Sequence record: SRR33789315_132
Strand: one strand, 5' to 3'
DNA length: 58,038 bases
The translations under genes and the position numbers were made by a program. Positions 8,817 to 19,296 of the stretch are shown here, in pieces. Each line of letters begins with the position of its first letter. The stretch's first letter is position 1. The notes under the pieces are model-generated. The model did no database searches. It was not told the DNA's origin and was given only the letters and a program-made list of their open reading frames with translations.

Positions 8817-10025
8817 GTGCAGAGTAATGAGTTAAAATGCTGGACTAAAAAGCAATCCAAAGATCAACATTTTTACTTCACAAGCCCAAGTTTAACTACT
8901 GACGAACGATATATTTTAAGTATCTCCGAGAATATTGAAGGTGTTCATATCAATGCAATACAACGTGACTCAGGTAAAGTTATAAATATAGCGTCTGCCG
9001 AATGTGTCATGAGATCCTATGTCTATGCGCGCGGAGAGCTCCATGGTATTAGTAAAGCGTCTCCGTGCTTAGATGATGAGCGAGGTGTTGTTTATTGGAT
9101 ACAAGATGACGGCTTGTTCAGTGCTAAGATAAGTGAGAGTCCAATTATCAAAAAAATTGCCAATTTACCTAGTGGTTGGTGGACCGCATATACACATGTG
9201 TCGAAAGATGGGAAATATATTTGTGTACCATGTACAGATCCATTCGCCTTTGAGGAGAAAGTTGAAAAATCCCAACATGATCAGCTTAAACTTGTACCCT
9301 GGAGGATGCTTGAAAAGGGTCTAAAATCAAAGATACTCGTATTTTGCACAGAAACTGGTATACAAAAAACGTGCGTAGAAATTCCATTCTGGGTTACTCA
9401 CGTACAATTCGATCCTCTAGGGACTGGGAGAATTCTTTTTAATTGTGAAGGAAACGTTGGAAGTCGAGGAAATAGGGAGTATCCGTATTGGGGAAGAATA
9501 TGGTTGCTTTTCCCCGATGGAACTTGGCATAGACTGTTTAATCAGATTGAAGGTGAAACTGTTAATCATGAGAATTGGAACGATGCTGGTGAAGTGGTAT
9601 TCCATGGCCATTTGAAGCCTGGTCGGAGCAAAAGGCTTTTTTTTGAATTTAGCCGTGTGTTGAAAAAACTAGGTTTGATTTCTCAGCACCAGCTTCAGAA
9701 TGCTCGTTCGCATTACATAGCAAAAAGTACTTCGCTGGGACAGATAGTTTGGAAGGTGGCAGTAAATTTTCCTGTTAGTCACGCTGTTGCCATCCCTGGA
9801 CGTTGTGATGAGGTAGTTGCTGATAGTAGGGATGGAAATATTTACCTTATTAAATGTTATAAGGACGGTTCACATTTACAACGAATCCTCGTTAAACATG
9901 ATTCAACTATGGTGGATCAAGATTGTCATCCTCATCCTTCAATGAATAGAAAAGGCGAAAGTGTAGTTTTCGCTTCCGACAAAGTGAGCCCTTGTGATGT
10001 CTATGAAGTGTCATTAACTAACTGA
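8817..10025 (+). CDS. Oligogalacturonate lyase-like beta-propeller (PL22/Ogl-like)
   Basis: HFYFTSPSLT.D, THVQFDP..ILFNCEG, RIW, NHENW, VSHA and QDCHPHPS align with Ogl motifs; no signal peptide. Confidence 0.72.
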   Translation: MQSNELKCWTKKQSKDQHFYFTSPSLTTDERYILSISENIEGVHINAIQRDSGKVINIASAECVMRSYVYARGELHGISKASPCLDDERGVVYWIQDDGLFSAKISESPIIKKIANLPSGWWTAYTHVSKDGKYICVPCTDPFAFEEKVEKSQHDQLKLVPWRMLEKGLKSKILVFCTETGIQKTCVEIPFWVTHVQFDPLGTGRILFNCEGNVGSRGNREYPYWGRIWLLFPDGTWHRLFNQIEGETVNHENWNDAGEVVFHGHLKPGRSKRLFFEFSRVLKKLGLISQHQLQNARSHYIAKSTSLGQIVWKVAVNFPVSHAVAIPGRCDEVVADSRDGNIYLIKCYKDGSHLQRILVKHDSTMVDQDCHPHPSMNRKGESVVFASDKVSPCDVYEVSLTN

Positions 10026-10076
10026 CAATATTTTTACTAAAATTTCAGAACATTTATTTAAGGTTAGGTCTCTAGG

Positions 10077-11291
10077 ATGCATGTAATTTTGTGGTCAAGG
10101 CGTGGAGCAGGGGAGCATTACAATGGCCCAGGGATGGCTGCCCTGAAAACGTACTCAGCAATGAGTCGCGAGCATAATGTAAATGTATCTTTGCTTCATG
10201 GTGTAAAAGAGCATGAAGACAATAAACTCTTCAATGAGCTCATTTGTATCGGTGATATCGGCGACCAGGCCTCAGCGAGAGGTACACATCTAAGTGTAAA
10301 GATAGCGCGTATTTTTCGATATATTCAGTCTATTTTCAAGTGCCGCCAATGGGTCAGTAAAAATGCACATAAATTTGATATTTTCCATGGACTAGGGCTC
10401 AAACCATTAACCATGGAAATCGCCGATCTTTTTTTAACTATGGGTGTTCCTACTATTATCAAAGTTACTGAACTTGGGCCAAACGGTTTATTGGGAGGTA
10501 TTCAGTTTCGTTCACGTTTTATCAAACAGCTTAGTCGTACTACGGGTTTCATTTCTATCTCAAAGGAAATTACTGATGCCCTTCTTTCTTTAGGTATAGA
10601 AAGAGACAAGATACACAATATTCCCAATGGGGTTGATCACGATAAATTTGTACCAGCAAGTATTACGCGAAAGATTACGGAAAGAGGTAACTTAGGTGTA
10701 TCTGAGTGTTTTACAGTAGTTTTTTGTGGAGCAATAATAGAGAGAAAACGACCGCATCTAATTGTTGAAGCGCTCTATAAACTTTTGACTGAGCATGATG
10801 TGGACGCAAGGTTATTGCTTGTCGGTCCGATGCCAGATCAGTCTTATTTGAATAAAATGAACAGAAACATTGAAACTTATAGATTGGGTGATAAAGTTCG
10901 TTTTATAGGGCACACAGAGAATGTTAATGAGTATCTTCAACTTGCAGACGTTTTTTGTTTGCCTTCGATTCAAGAAGGGTTGCCAAACGCTGCATTGGAA
11001 GCAATGTCATGTGGACTTCCCATTGTAATCACAAGATTCTCCGGTGCATCAGATCTCGGTGCCGTTGATGGTGTAACTGGCAGAGTTGTTGAGGAAAATC
11101 CCACTTCCATTGCTAGTGGTCTACTAGAGTTTGCTATGTCTGAGTCCGTTTTGTATTCGACTTCTAAAGGTGCTAGGGAATTTGTAATTAAAGAATTTTC
11201 GCTCTTAGCGGTGGCGCATAGACAATTTGAGTTGTTTCAAAGTTTGGTAACAAACTCAGTCAATAATGTAGATAACCGTGAATACTCGTAA
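10077..11291 (+). CDS. Glycosyltransferase family 4
   Basis: IPNGVD, RKRP, DVFCLPSIQEGLPNAALEAMSCGLP (EX7E). Confidence 0.92.
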   Translation: MHVILWSRRGAGEHYNGPGMAALKTYSAMSREHNVNVSLLHGVKEHEDNKLFNELICIGDIGDQASARGTHLSVKIARIFRYIQSIFKCRQWVSKNAHKFDIFHGLGLKPLTMEIADLFLTMGVPTIIKVTELGPNGLLGGIQFRSRFIKQLSRTTGFISISKEITDALLSLGIERDKIHNIPNGVDHDKFVPASITRKITERGNLGVSECFTVVFCGAIIERKRPHLIVEALYKLLTEHDVDARLLLVGPMPDQSYLNKMNRNIETYRLGDKVRFIGHTENVNEYLQLADVFCLPSIQEGLPNAALEAMSCGLPIVITRFSGASDLGAVDGVTGRVVEENPTSIASGLLEFAMSESVLYSTSKGAREFVIKEFSLLAVAHRQFELFQSLVTNSVNNVDNREYS

Positions 11292-11292
11292 T

Positions 11293-12597
11293 ATGGAATT
11301 TTCGCTTGGCAAGAGAGTTTTTAGTTTGGGGCTTGGTGCAATAGTAAGCTTCATTATAGCGAATGGATTGTTCTTTCGCTCATTTCATTTCTCCACGACG
11401 ATGTCTGGAGGTGAGTTAACTGTTATCTCATTAGCCTTAGCGTTAAGCATCTTAGGTGTTTATTCACTATTTTCTGGGAGGCATGCGGTTAATCTAGCTA
11501 CATTATCCGTACTGTTATCGATATTGGCTTGCGGTTTTCTGCCGTTGATCGGAGCTGTTTTGCAAGGTACGAATATACAGGTAGCGATGGCCTTTGCTTC
11601 AGAATTTTTAATACTGATGTGTTTCATTTTGTTTTTTTATTGGATAATCGCGTTTAATTTAATTAAGCCTAGGACATTAATTTTACTTTTTCTAGCTGTA
11701 TCGCTATACGCAGCATTCGTTATGTTGGATACACTGTTATTGTACGATAGAATTCGCCGCCTCAGTATTGGTGGTGCTTACAATTTTCAGGGGAACTCAT
11801 TCGCGATAGCGACTGCTGTGTCTTTCTTTCTAGGCTTATCATCACTGTTACAAGGCAGAGGTTCTAGTGTTTTCTATTTTTTAAGCATGGTTGTTCTAGC
11901 TATCTCCTGTTTTCTGACGGGCAGCAAACAAGCGTTATTCGTTCTTACGATTAGTATACTATTAATATTGAACTACTATGCGGACGCTAGAACCATTCAA
12001 AGAGTAGTGCTGGCAGTACTTTTGATTGGTCTTATATTCGGTTTTTTTGTATTGTTCATTTCGCCACAATCAGTAAGTTTTGAAAGTTTGAGCAGAAGAT
12101 TTTCTATGGAAGAGATAGGTGGTTCTCTATCAGGAAGGACTACTATTTGGTTCGGTTCATTGAGAGTCGTAGATGGCCCTCTTAGTTTTTTATTTGGCTC
12201 ACCTGAGTACTATACCGCCACCGCATCGACTGATGATGTAGATACAGTTCATCCTCATAATTTATTCGTTTCGCTACTATTGTTTTCCGGAATGCTGTCT
12301 CTTTTTGTGTTCCTATGGGCCGTTTATGTAACTTATAAATTTGTTAAGAAAGCGACAGCTGCTGCAGGAGCGAGTATTGCGGATGGTCGATCGGATATAT
12401 CAGAAGTCGCGGGATATGTTTACATACTCGCAATAATGCTTATGGGAACACTTATATATAGTCTATTGAGTGGTCAAATTACACGGCTTTTTAACTTATT
12501 TATAATATGGGGCGCACTTCTTGGTACTACGCGAGAGTTGATCTTATATACCTATGTTGTTCCAGGTCCATCCATGAAGCATGGGTCTAGTTCGTAG
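11293..12597 (+). CDS. wzy: O-antigen polymerase / O-antigen ligase family membrane protein
   Basis: About 10-12 TM segments, LTGSKQ, SGRTTIW and HPHNLFV (Wzy_C-type); lies within the GT cluster. Alternative GTG start at 11278. Confidence 0.78.
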   Translation: MEFSLGKRVFSLGLGAIVSFIIANGLFFRSFHFSTTMSGGELTVISLALALSILGVYSLFSGRHAVNLATLSVLLSILACGFLPLIGAVLQGTNIQVAMAFASEFLILMCFILFFYWIIAFNLIKPRTLILLFLAVSLYAAFVMLDTLLLYDRIRRLSIGGAYNFQGNSFAIATAVSFFLGLSSLLQGRGSSVFYFLSMVVLAISCFLTGSKQALFVLTISILLILNYYADARTIQRVVLAVLLIGLIFGFFVLFISPQSVSFESLSRRFSMEEIGGSLSGRTTIWFGSLRVVDGPLSFLFGSPEYYTATASTDDVDTVHPHNLFVSLLLFSGMLSLFVFLWAVYVTYKFVKKATAAAGASIADGRSDISEVAGYVYILAIMLMGTLIYSLLSGQITRLFNLFIIWGALLGTTRELILYTYVVPGPSMKHGSSS

Positions 12598-12772
12598 CGC
12601 AACACAAAACTTAGATTTTTTCCTGAATTGATGGTAGTAATCTCTCTCCCTGATGTTTGTAGGCCTCAGTTATTAAGTCTCCCGATGGAAAGCTATTATT
12701 GAGATTTATGGATGTATCTGTTGATTGAATCAGAATAGTTTTAATGAAACTAATTGTTATATCGAGATATAA

Positions 12773-13939
12773 ATGTCTAAAAAAATTATCTTCGTTACTT
12801 CAGTTGACTTATCCGGGACTGCCGGATCAAGTATAGCTACCTTGAACTTTGTGCGTGGGCTATTAGGTTTAACCGATGTTAAAGTTACAGTTCTTGCCCC
12901 CATTCCTTCCGATTGTGGATGTTTGTCTCGTAATGTTTTAAGTGCTCTAACTGGAATTTTTCCGAGCCGACGGAAGGGCTCAATTCTTTGGCATATTGCT
13001 TATTCATTGTATGTAAGAAAATTTCTTAGAAAAGCAATTGAAGAACATCTAGTCGATTTAGTGATTGTTCGTGTTGGGCCATATTTCTCTGCAGCAGCTG
13101 CGGCTATGGAAGAAACTGATGTCGAGCTAGTATCGATGGTCAGAGGATCTGCATATGCGGGGACAAATACTCAAATTCAAAAATATTTAGGTTGGCTCAT
13201 TAGGACCGCGAGGAGTGGTATTTTGAGAAGATCTAGTAGAGTGTTGATAGCTTTTACACATGCCCTTAGTCCGAGAGAGTATAAATTGCTTGGTGATAAA
13301 GTCGAGATAGCTGCTAACGCCGCAGATCTGTCATTAATGACTGTGGTACCTAAAAATGAAGCGCGTGAAAAGTTATTGAATGAAATGGGGATAACTTTAT
13401 CTGGAAAGACTATAGCTTTCGTCGGTAGTTTACGGGATCGACACCGGTTGCCTGAGCTAATAATGGGGCTGTCCGAGTTGAAGCTTAGGCAATTTACGGT
13501 AGATCTTTTGTTGGTGGGTTCTGGCCCGCTTTTGAGTAGCATTAGGCAGATGTCGGAGGATCTTAATCTTGTAGACAACATAAAGTTTATTGGGGCTGTT
13601 CCACATGTGGATGTATCTATCTATCTTTGCGCTGCCGATATAGTTTATGGTCCAGTAGATCCAATTAATCCTTCAAATCCTATTAAAGTTTACGAAGGAC
13701 TTTCAGTCGGAAGGCCAGTGGTGACCTCTAAGACGCCTGAGTTAGAATTCATAGCTGATAATGCTTTCGGTGTCTATGTGGCAGATACTGCTACACCAAC
13801 TGATATTGCTACATCACTTATTTCAGCATTTGCTCTACCGTGGTCTACAGAGAAAGAAAGTGAAGCAAGAGCTTATATTGGACAGTTTCATACTTGGGAT
13901 GCCTTGGCAAAGCAGGCTGTGGGGAAAAAGGCTTCTTAG
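12773..13939 (+). CDS. Glycosyltransferase family 4
   Basis: FVGSL, LVGSGP, FIGAVPH, NPIKVYEGLSVGRPVV. Confidence 0.87.
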   Translation: MSKKIIFVTSVDLSGTAGSSIATLNFVRGLLGLTDVKVTVLAPIPSDCGCLSRNVLSALTGIFPSRRKGSILWHIAYSLYVRKFLRKAIEEHLVDLVIVRVGPYFSAAAAAMEETDVELVSMVRGSAYAGTNTQIQKYLGWLIRTARSGILRRSSRVLIAFTHALSPREYKLLGDKVEIAANAADLSLMTVVPKNEAREKLLNEMGITLSGKTIAFVGSLRDRHRLPELIMGLSELKLRQFTVDLLLVGSGPLLSSIRQMSEDLNLVDNIKFIGAVPHVDVSIYLCAADIVYGPVDPINPSNPIKVYEGLSVGRPVVTSKTPELEFIADNAFGVYVADTATPTDIATSLISAFALPWSTEKESEARAYIGQFHTWDALAKQAVGKKAS

Positions 13940-13962
13940 GATGGATTATGTATCGAGAGTGT

Positions 13963-14700
13963 ATGAATAAGTTAGGCAAAATAGTTTATATTGGTGGGTA
14001 CGGTCGGAGCGGTTCCACTATATTGTCTTTAGTCCTCGGGCAACTAGAAGGTGTCTCATCAATTGGCGAAATTGGTGCATTAACTAGAGCTATTCAGGAG
14101 CATAGAAATTGTACATGTGGTAGCGCTCTAGTTGAGTGTGTTTTTTGGGGCGAATTTCTAGGTAGTAAGCGATGTTTCTCATCAGATAAAGAATCTCTGT
14201 TAGCAGATAGTGCGCTTTCATTTGCGTTTAATAAGTCCCAAGCTCGGTATTTGGTTGATTCAACGAAAACATCTTACAAAAATTTCTCTCGTCCCTATAA
14301 TCTTCGCAAACGAGGCTTTGAAATTTACTTTATTCATTTAGTAAGAGATTTGACTGATGTAATTAAATCCGCGAAGAAAGGTGCGAATAGTGCGCTTGAA
14401 CAAGGTTCTGCAGAAAGGAAAAAATTAGTAGTGTTGAGAACCATTTTGAGCTGGTCTGCGGCAAACATTTTTGCATTTGGATATAAGTATCTATTTAAGT
14501 CAAAATATATTTACGTTCAATACAATTCAATGGTAGAAAATCCTGAAAGTTTTTTCAATATGATTGGCGAATTTCTTGATATTGACATGGCTGAGGTTAT
14601 TTCAAAAATTGACGCAGGCGCTCCATTGTCTGTTTCTCATGAGATAAATGGAAATAGATTGCTTCGATCAGGGCCAATTGTCTTCAAAAAAGGAACTTAA
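13963..14700 (+). CDS. Sulfotransferase
   Basis: YIGGYGRSGSTIL PSB loop, CTCG..C.FW motif, VDSTK, IHLVRD. Start uncertain (13948 or 13963). Confidence 0.85.
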   Translation: MNKLGKIVYIGGYGRSGSTILSLVLGQLEGVSSIGEIGALTRAIQEHRNCTCGSALVECVFWGEFLGSKRCFSSDKESLLADSALSFAFNKSQARYLVDSTKTSYKNFSRPYNLRKRGFEIYFIHLVRDLTDVIKSAKKGANSALEQGSAERKKLVVLRTILSWSAANIFAFGYKYLFKSKYIYVQYNSMVENPESFFNMIGEFLDIDMAEVISKIDAGAPLSVSHEINGNRLLRSGPIVFKKGT

Positions 14701-14701
14701 A

Positions 14702-15646
14702 GTGCAGCCAAGCCCTTTTTTTATAGTTGGAAGTGGGCGGAGTGGGACAACCCTACTACGAGCAATTCTTGATGCTCGTGACGATGTAAGAATCCCGGGA
14801 GAAACACATTTCTTTACTACTTATCGAATAGAGAATCTTTTTCGCTATCATTTCTTAACTCGAGCAAACTATAGAAAAGCTGTTAAAGATTATAAGCTAT
14901 GGAGACACGTTAACTACGAAATTTTAGACTGGGACAAGTTTAGATCTCTTGCTCTAGAATTGCCCCCGAAACGAGCTTCAATACTAAAGGCATACTTGTT
15001 AGCCTGTGGTTATAGTAAGGAAGTTTCTTTTATTGGAGAGAAAACTCCAGGCCATATTAGACAGTTAAATAGAATTTGGGCGGATTTTCCAAGTTCAAAA
15101 GTAATCCATGTGACCAGAGATCCACGTGCGGTTGCTGCCTCTTATCTCAAACATAGTCTTTATGCTTCTGTATACGGTTCTGATGTAACAAGAGCGGCTA
15201 AGAAATGGAGAGAGGCGGCCGAGATTGATGAAAAAATCTCGCAATCGGGTCATGCAGAAAAGTATTTGCTTGTTACTTATGAAGATCTCGTTATTGCTCC
15301 CGAAAGGACGTTATCTAGGATTAACGATTTTCTAGGTTTGCCGGAAGTACCTTGCTTACTTGAACGTTACTTAGAAAGTACTCCTAGTTTATCAAGTACT
15401 TTTAACCACCAACAGATTGGTAAACCAATTAATTTAGAAAGTTTGCACTCTTGGAAGAGTGTTTTAGTTGAGAGCGATATTGCGCTGATTGAGGCGATTT
15501 GTGGTAAGTATCTGCAGCTTCAACAATATCCACTAAGTGGAGTTAGATCGATTTCCAGCATAAAACTAGCTCTTCGGGAGTTTAGATTCTATTTATCATT
15601 TGTCTGGCATAATGGTCGCCGCCTTGTTCGTTCCTTTTCCAAATAG
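14702..15646 (+). CDS. Sulfotransferase (Sulfotransfer_3-like)
   Basis: PFFIVGSGRSGTTLLR, GEKTP, IHVTRDPRAVAAS, YEDLV..PE; GTG start after AAGGA. Confidence 0.9.
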   Translation: MQPSPFFIVGSGRSGTTLLRAILDARDDVRIPGETHFFTTYRIENLFRYHFLTRANYRKAVKDYKLWRHVNYEILDWDKFRSLALELPPKRASILKAYLLACGYSKEVSFIGEKTPGHIRQLNRIWADFPSSKVIHVTRDPRAVAASYLKHSLYASVYGSDVTRAAKKWREAAEIDEKISQSGHAEKYLLVTYEDLVIAPERTLSRINDFLGLPEVPCLLERYLESTPSLSSTFNHQQIGKPINLESLHSWKSVLVESDIALIEAICGKYLQLQQYPLSGVRSISSIKLALREFRFYLSFVWHNGRRLVRSFSK

Positions 15647-15694
15647 TTGAATACAGCTAATAGCTTATTTTTCGAAAGGTGAGATTCTTTAGAA

Positions 15695-16822
15695 ATGGCA
15701 GAGCACATACTTTTTATAGCGGGAAATGCGCGGTCACTCGTAGCCAATAGAGGAGACTTGATTCGCGCCATGATAAGTTTAGGTCATGTCGTTTCTGCCG
15801 CGGTACCGGAGGAAGACTATTTGAATAGCGTCGAGTCATTGGACATCCCTATTTATCGATTTAAGTTGGGTCGGGCTGGCTTAAACCCGCTTCGAGATAT
15901 TCGCACAATCAGAACTTTGATCGACATCATTAGGCGTAGTGGCGCTACGATGACAATGGCCTATACCATCAAACCAGTAGTATACGGAAGCCTAGCTGCT
16001 AGGCTGGTCGGTTTGAAAGGGCGTTTTTCAATGATTACTGGGCTCGGTAGTACTTTCGCTGACCATACATCTTTGAAAGAGCAAGCAATACGTTGGTTGG
16101 TTGTGCGCTTGTATAGATTAGGAGCTGCATGCTCACATAAGGTATTCTTCCAGAATCCAGATGACCTAAAAGATTTTCTTCGATTAAAGATAATGGATGA
16201 TAATTTTAAAGCTGTTCGCACTATGGGTTCTGGTGTGAATCTGGATCGTTTTCCTCGTAAGTCTCTTAGTCAAGAACGTCCAATTATATTTTTGCTTATT
16301 GCGCGTCTTTTAAAGGACAAGGGAGTGACGGAATTTGTGGCTGCTGCAGAACTGCTTCATGATCGGTACCCATATGCTAAGTTTGTAGTGGTTGGGCCTC
16401 ATGATCCTGCACTGAGACATTCTCTGCCCTCGACTGATCTTGCCGCGTGGAAGTGTTTAGGGGGCATAGAGTTTATTGGAGGTGTGTCGGATGTTTCCTC
16501 TTGGTTAGAGCGTTGTTCCGTATTTGTGCTCCCTTCTTACTATCGTGAGGGTACTCCCCGCTCGGTTTTGGAAGCCATGGCAACTGGTCGGGCGATCATA
16601 ACAACAGACTCTCCTGGTTGCCGAGAAACTGTTACAGACGGCGAAAACGGATTTCTAGTACCTCCGCGTGACCAGCTATCCCTCGCACATGCAATGGAGA
16701 GATTTCTCCTTGAACCCCAACTGGTTTCTAAAATGGCCGAAGCTTCTTACCTTAAAGCCACAAACGAATATGACGTGAAATTGGTTAATAGGGTCATACT
16801 AAACGCAATGGGTCTAACTTGA
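15695..16822 (+). CDS. Glycosyltransferase family 4 (CapM/WbpU-like)
   Basis: YTIKPVVYG, FFQNPDD, GSGVNL, LPSYYREGTPRSVLEAMA, TTDSPGCRE. Confidence 0.93.
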   Translation: MAEHILFIAGNARSLVANRGDLIRAMISLGHVVSAAVPEEDYLNSVESLDIPIYRFKLGRAGLNPLRDIRTIRTLIDIIRRSGATMTMAYTIKPVVYGSLAARLVGLKGRFSMITGLGSTFADHTSLKEQAIRWLVVRLYRLGAACSHKVFFQNPDDLKDFLRLKIMDDNFKAVRTMGSGVNLDRFPRKSLSQERPIIFLLIARLLKDKGVTEFVAAAELLHDRYPYAKFVVVGPHDPALRHSLPSTDLAAWKCLGGIEFIGGVSDVSSWLERCSVFVLPSYYREGTPRSVLEAMATGRAIITTDSPGCRETVTDGENGFLVPPRDQLSLAHAMERFLLEPQLVSKMAEASYLKATNEYDVKLVNRVILNAMGLT

Positions 16823-17793
16823 TGAAAAGTTTGCAAAGAGTTCTTTTTCTGCAGCAATCTTCGCTTGTAGAGGCGCAACATTTACAAGTTCAGCAGCAGC
16901 TTCATTTGGTTTTCCCAAATATAGAATTGATTAGCGCTGGGTGTTCAGAAGATATTTCAGTAGGGTTGGATGTTGATGTAGTCATCACGCCGACGATGGG
17001 CTGGTTGTCAGCTGCTTTAGAGCGTTTAGGTGGATATCGCTGGATTCACTTCCTTTCCGCAGGAGTGGAGAGTATTTGGGATATGCCATTTAATAAGCAC
17101 GATGTCATAATGACCAAAAGTAGTGGAGTTCATGGAATTCCGATGAGTGAGTACACATTAGGTGCGATGCTGTATTTTGCCAAACGTTTTGACCAATTTG
17201 TTCATCAAATGAAAGAGTGTCACTGGCAACGCGCGTGGCTGGATGAGTTGACTGGGCGAACGGTTACCATAGTCGGAATGGGACATGTTGGTGGCTTTGT
17301 TGCGAAGCGTGCCAAAAGCATGGGTATGCGAGTGATCGGAGTTCAGCGGATTCCACGGGAACATGAGTTTGCCGACGTAACTGTTGCACTTGCCGATGTT
17401 AGCGAATATTTCAAGCAAACAGATTACCTAGTTGTTTGCCTTCCTCTTACAGATCGTACTAAGGGGGTGGTGGATCAACGATTTCTGTCTGAGTTAAAGA
17501 GAGGGGCTGTGTTGATAGATATATCGAGAGGTGGGGTCGTAGATGAGCAAGCAGTGCTTAGTGCGCTTGGGGCAGGTCAATTGCGTGGAGCAGCACTGGA
17601 TGTGTTTAAACTGGAGCCATTGCCCGCCGATTCAGCTCTTTGGGCGCGACGAAATGTACTATTGACTCCTCATGTTTCTGGAACGTCACCATTTTATATA
17701 GAGCGTGCCATCGATATCTTCGTGCAGAATGCGCTCAATCTTGTTGCAGGTAAACCTCTTCTGACTTCAGTAAATGTGCAAGAAAGGTATTAA
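16822..17793 (+). CDS. D-isomer-specific 2-hydroxyacid dehydrogenase
   Basis: GMGHVG Rossmann motif; catalytic R (ISRG), E (DVFKLEPL) and H (TPHVSG). Confidence 0.9.
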   Translation: MKSLQRVLFLQQSSLVEAQHLQVQQQLHLVFPNIELISAGCSEDISVGLDVDVVITPTMGWLSAALERLGGYRWIHFLSAGVESIWDMPFNKHDVIMTKSSGVHGIPMSEYTLGAMLYFAKRFDQFVHQMKECHWQRAWLDELTGRTVTIVGMGHVGGFVAKRAKSMGMRVIGVQRIPREHEFADVTVALADVSEYFKQTDYLVVCLPLTDRTKGVVDQRFLSELKRGAVLIDISRGGVVDEQAVLSALGAGQLRGAALDVFKLEPLPADSALWARRNVLLTPHVSGTSPFYIERAIDIFVQNALNLVAGKPLLTSVNVQERY

Positions 17794-17798
17794 TTTTT

Positions 17799-18428
17799 GT
17801 GAGTTACTTTATTCTAAAGCGTTTGATAGATATAGCTTTATCGTTTGTAGCACTAGTTGTTTTGATTCCTGTTTTTATAATTGTCGGCATATTTATAAAG
17901 TTTGACTCTAAAGGTCCAGTGTTTTTCCTACAAGATAGACTAGGTCTGGATGGCAAGTCATTCAAGATAATTAAGTTACGCTCAATGTTTCTGGGTGCGG
18001 AGAATCTTGGGGTGTACGAACTAAAGAATGATCCCCGTGTCACCCGTGTCGGGCGCTTGATTCGACCGCTAAGCATCAACGAATTGCCTCAGTTTATCAA
18101 TATTTTGAAAGGCGATATGTCTTTGATCGGACCTAGGCCTGTATTACCCTATCATCCATGGGATTGGTCATGCGCAACTGAGCTTCAACGTAAACGTTTC
18201 AAAGTAAAGCCTGGGCTAACGGGTTGGGCAGCTGTTAATGGTCGAAAGAACGTGACGTGGGATATGCGTACCAAATATGAGGCAGAATATGCTGACAACG
18301 TGTCGCTTTTGTTTGATTTAAAGATATTCTATAAGACCATTATGGTAGTTTTTTCCATGAAGGATGGTTACAACAAAGATGTACCTGCTAGTAACGGGCA
18401 AAGAAATGAGCAGAAACCTGACAAATGA
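17799..18428 (+). CDS. Bacterial sugar transferase (monotopic phosphoglycosyl transferase family)
   Basis: LKRLIDI, DPRVTRVG, SINELPQ, GDMSLIGPRP, KPGLTGWA. Confidence 0.9.
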   Translation: MSYFILKRLIDIALSFVALVVLIPVFIIVGIFIKFDSKGPVFFLQDRLGLDGKSFKIIKLRSMFLGAENLGVYELKNDPRVTRVGRLIRPLSINELPQFINILKGDMSLIGPRPVLPYHPWDWSCATELQRKRFKVKPGLTGWAAVNGRKNVTWDMRTKYEAEYADNVSLLFDLKIFYKTIMVVFSMKDGYNKDVPASNGQRNEQKPDK

Positions 18429-19296
18429 TTCACCAAGCAAAGATCTGAGGCTGCTATGCATTACAAACAAACCTGATGTGGCGCGGGTGCTGCAATCCTG
18501 TGGCGTTGACTGGATATTTGTGGATCTAGAGGTCTTAGGAAAAGAGGAACGACAAGCAGGACGAAACTCTGTTAAGTCCAATCATACAATAAGTGATGTG
18601 CGTGCCGTAGGCAATGTCTTGGATTGTTCGCAACTGATCGTTAGAGTAAACCCTTGGGGAGAACATTCGCCTCTAGAAGTAGAAGAGGTTGTGTATGCTG
18701 GTGCTGATATTGTCATGTTGCCATATTTCAGTGGTGCAAATGAAGTTGCCGCGTTTGTAGATGCAGTGGGAGGTCGAGCAAAAGTATGCCTATTATTAGA
18801 GACACCAGCAGCTGTTGATAATCTAGATGATATTCTCAATGTGCCAGGTGTGGATCATATACATATCGGATTGAACGATTTGCACTTGGCTTATGATATG
18901 TGGTTTATGTTTGAGCTTTTGTCGAATGGTACAGTAGAGCGCATATGTCATCGGATATCTGAGAGCGGAATTTCCTATGGTTTTGGTGGCTGTGCACGTG
19001 TCGGAATGTTGGTCCCGCCATCTGAGAACGTCCTAGCGGAACATTTTAGGTTGGGTTCCTCCAGTGTTATCTTGTCGCGTAGCTTTTGTAATCTTGAGAT
19101 GATGGGATCACTTGAAGAGCTTGCGCAGAGTGTCGAAGCCGGAGTAAAGGAGTTACGTGAATGTTGGCGTGATTTTTCATCTCGAGATCCAGATTATTTT
19201 ATTAACAATAGAAAAAGTGTGGTAAGTGATATAGAAAAAGTGCGTGATGAGATCATTGCCCGAAAAATTGTAAACACTAAAGGACAGGCAATATGA
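18406..19296 (+). CDS. HpcH/HpaI aldolase / citrate lyase family protein
   Basis: GVDWIFVDLE, VRVNP, LLLET, HIGLNDLH; subtype commonly seen in polysaccharide loci. Confidence 0.85.
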   Translation: MSRNLTNDSPSKDLRLLCITNKPDVARVLQSCGVDWIFVDLEVLGKEERQAGRNSVKSNHTISDVRAVGNVLDCSQLIVRVNPWGEHSPLEVEEVVYAGADIVMLPYFSGANEVAAFVDAVGGRAKVCLLLETPAAVDNLDDILNVPGVDHIHIGLNDLHLAYDMWFMFELLSNGTVERICHRISESGISYGFGGCARVGMLVPPSENVLAEHFRLGSSSVILSRSFCNLEMMGSLEELAQSVEAGVKELRECWRDFSSRDPDYFINNRKSVVSDIEKVRDEIIARKIVNTKGQAI

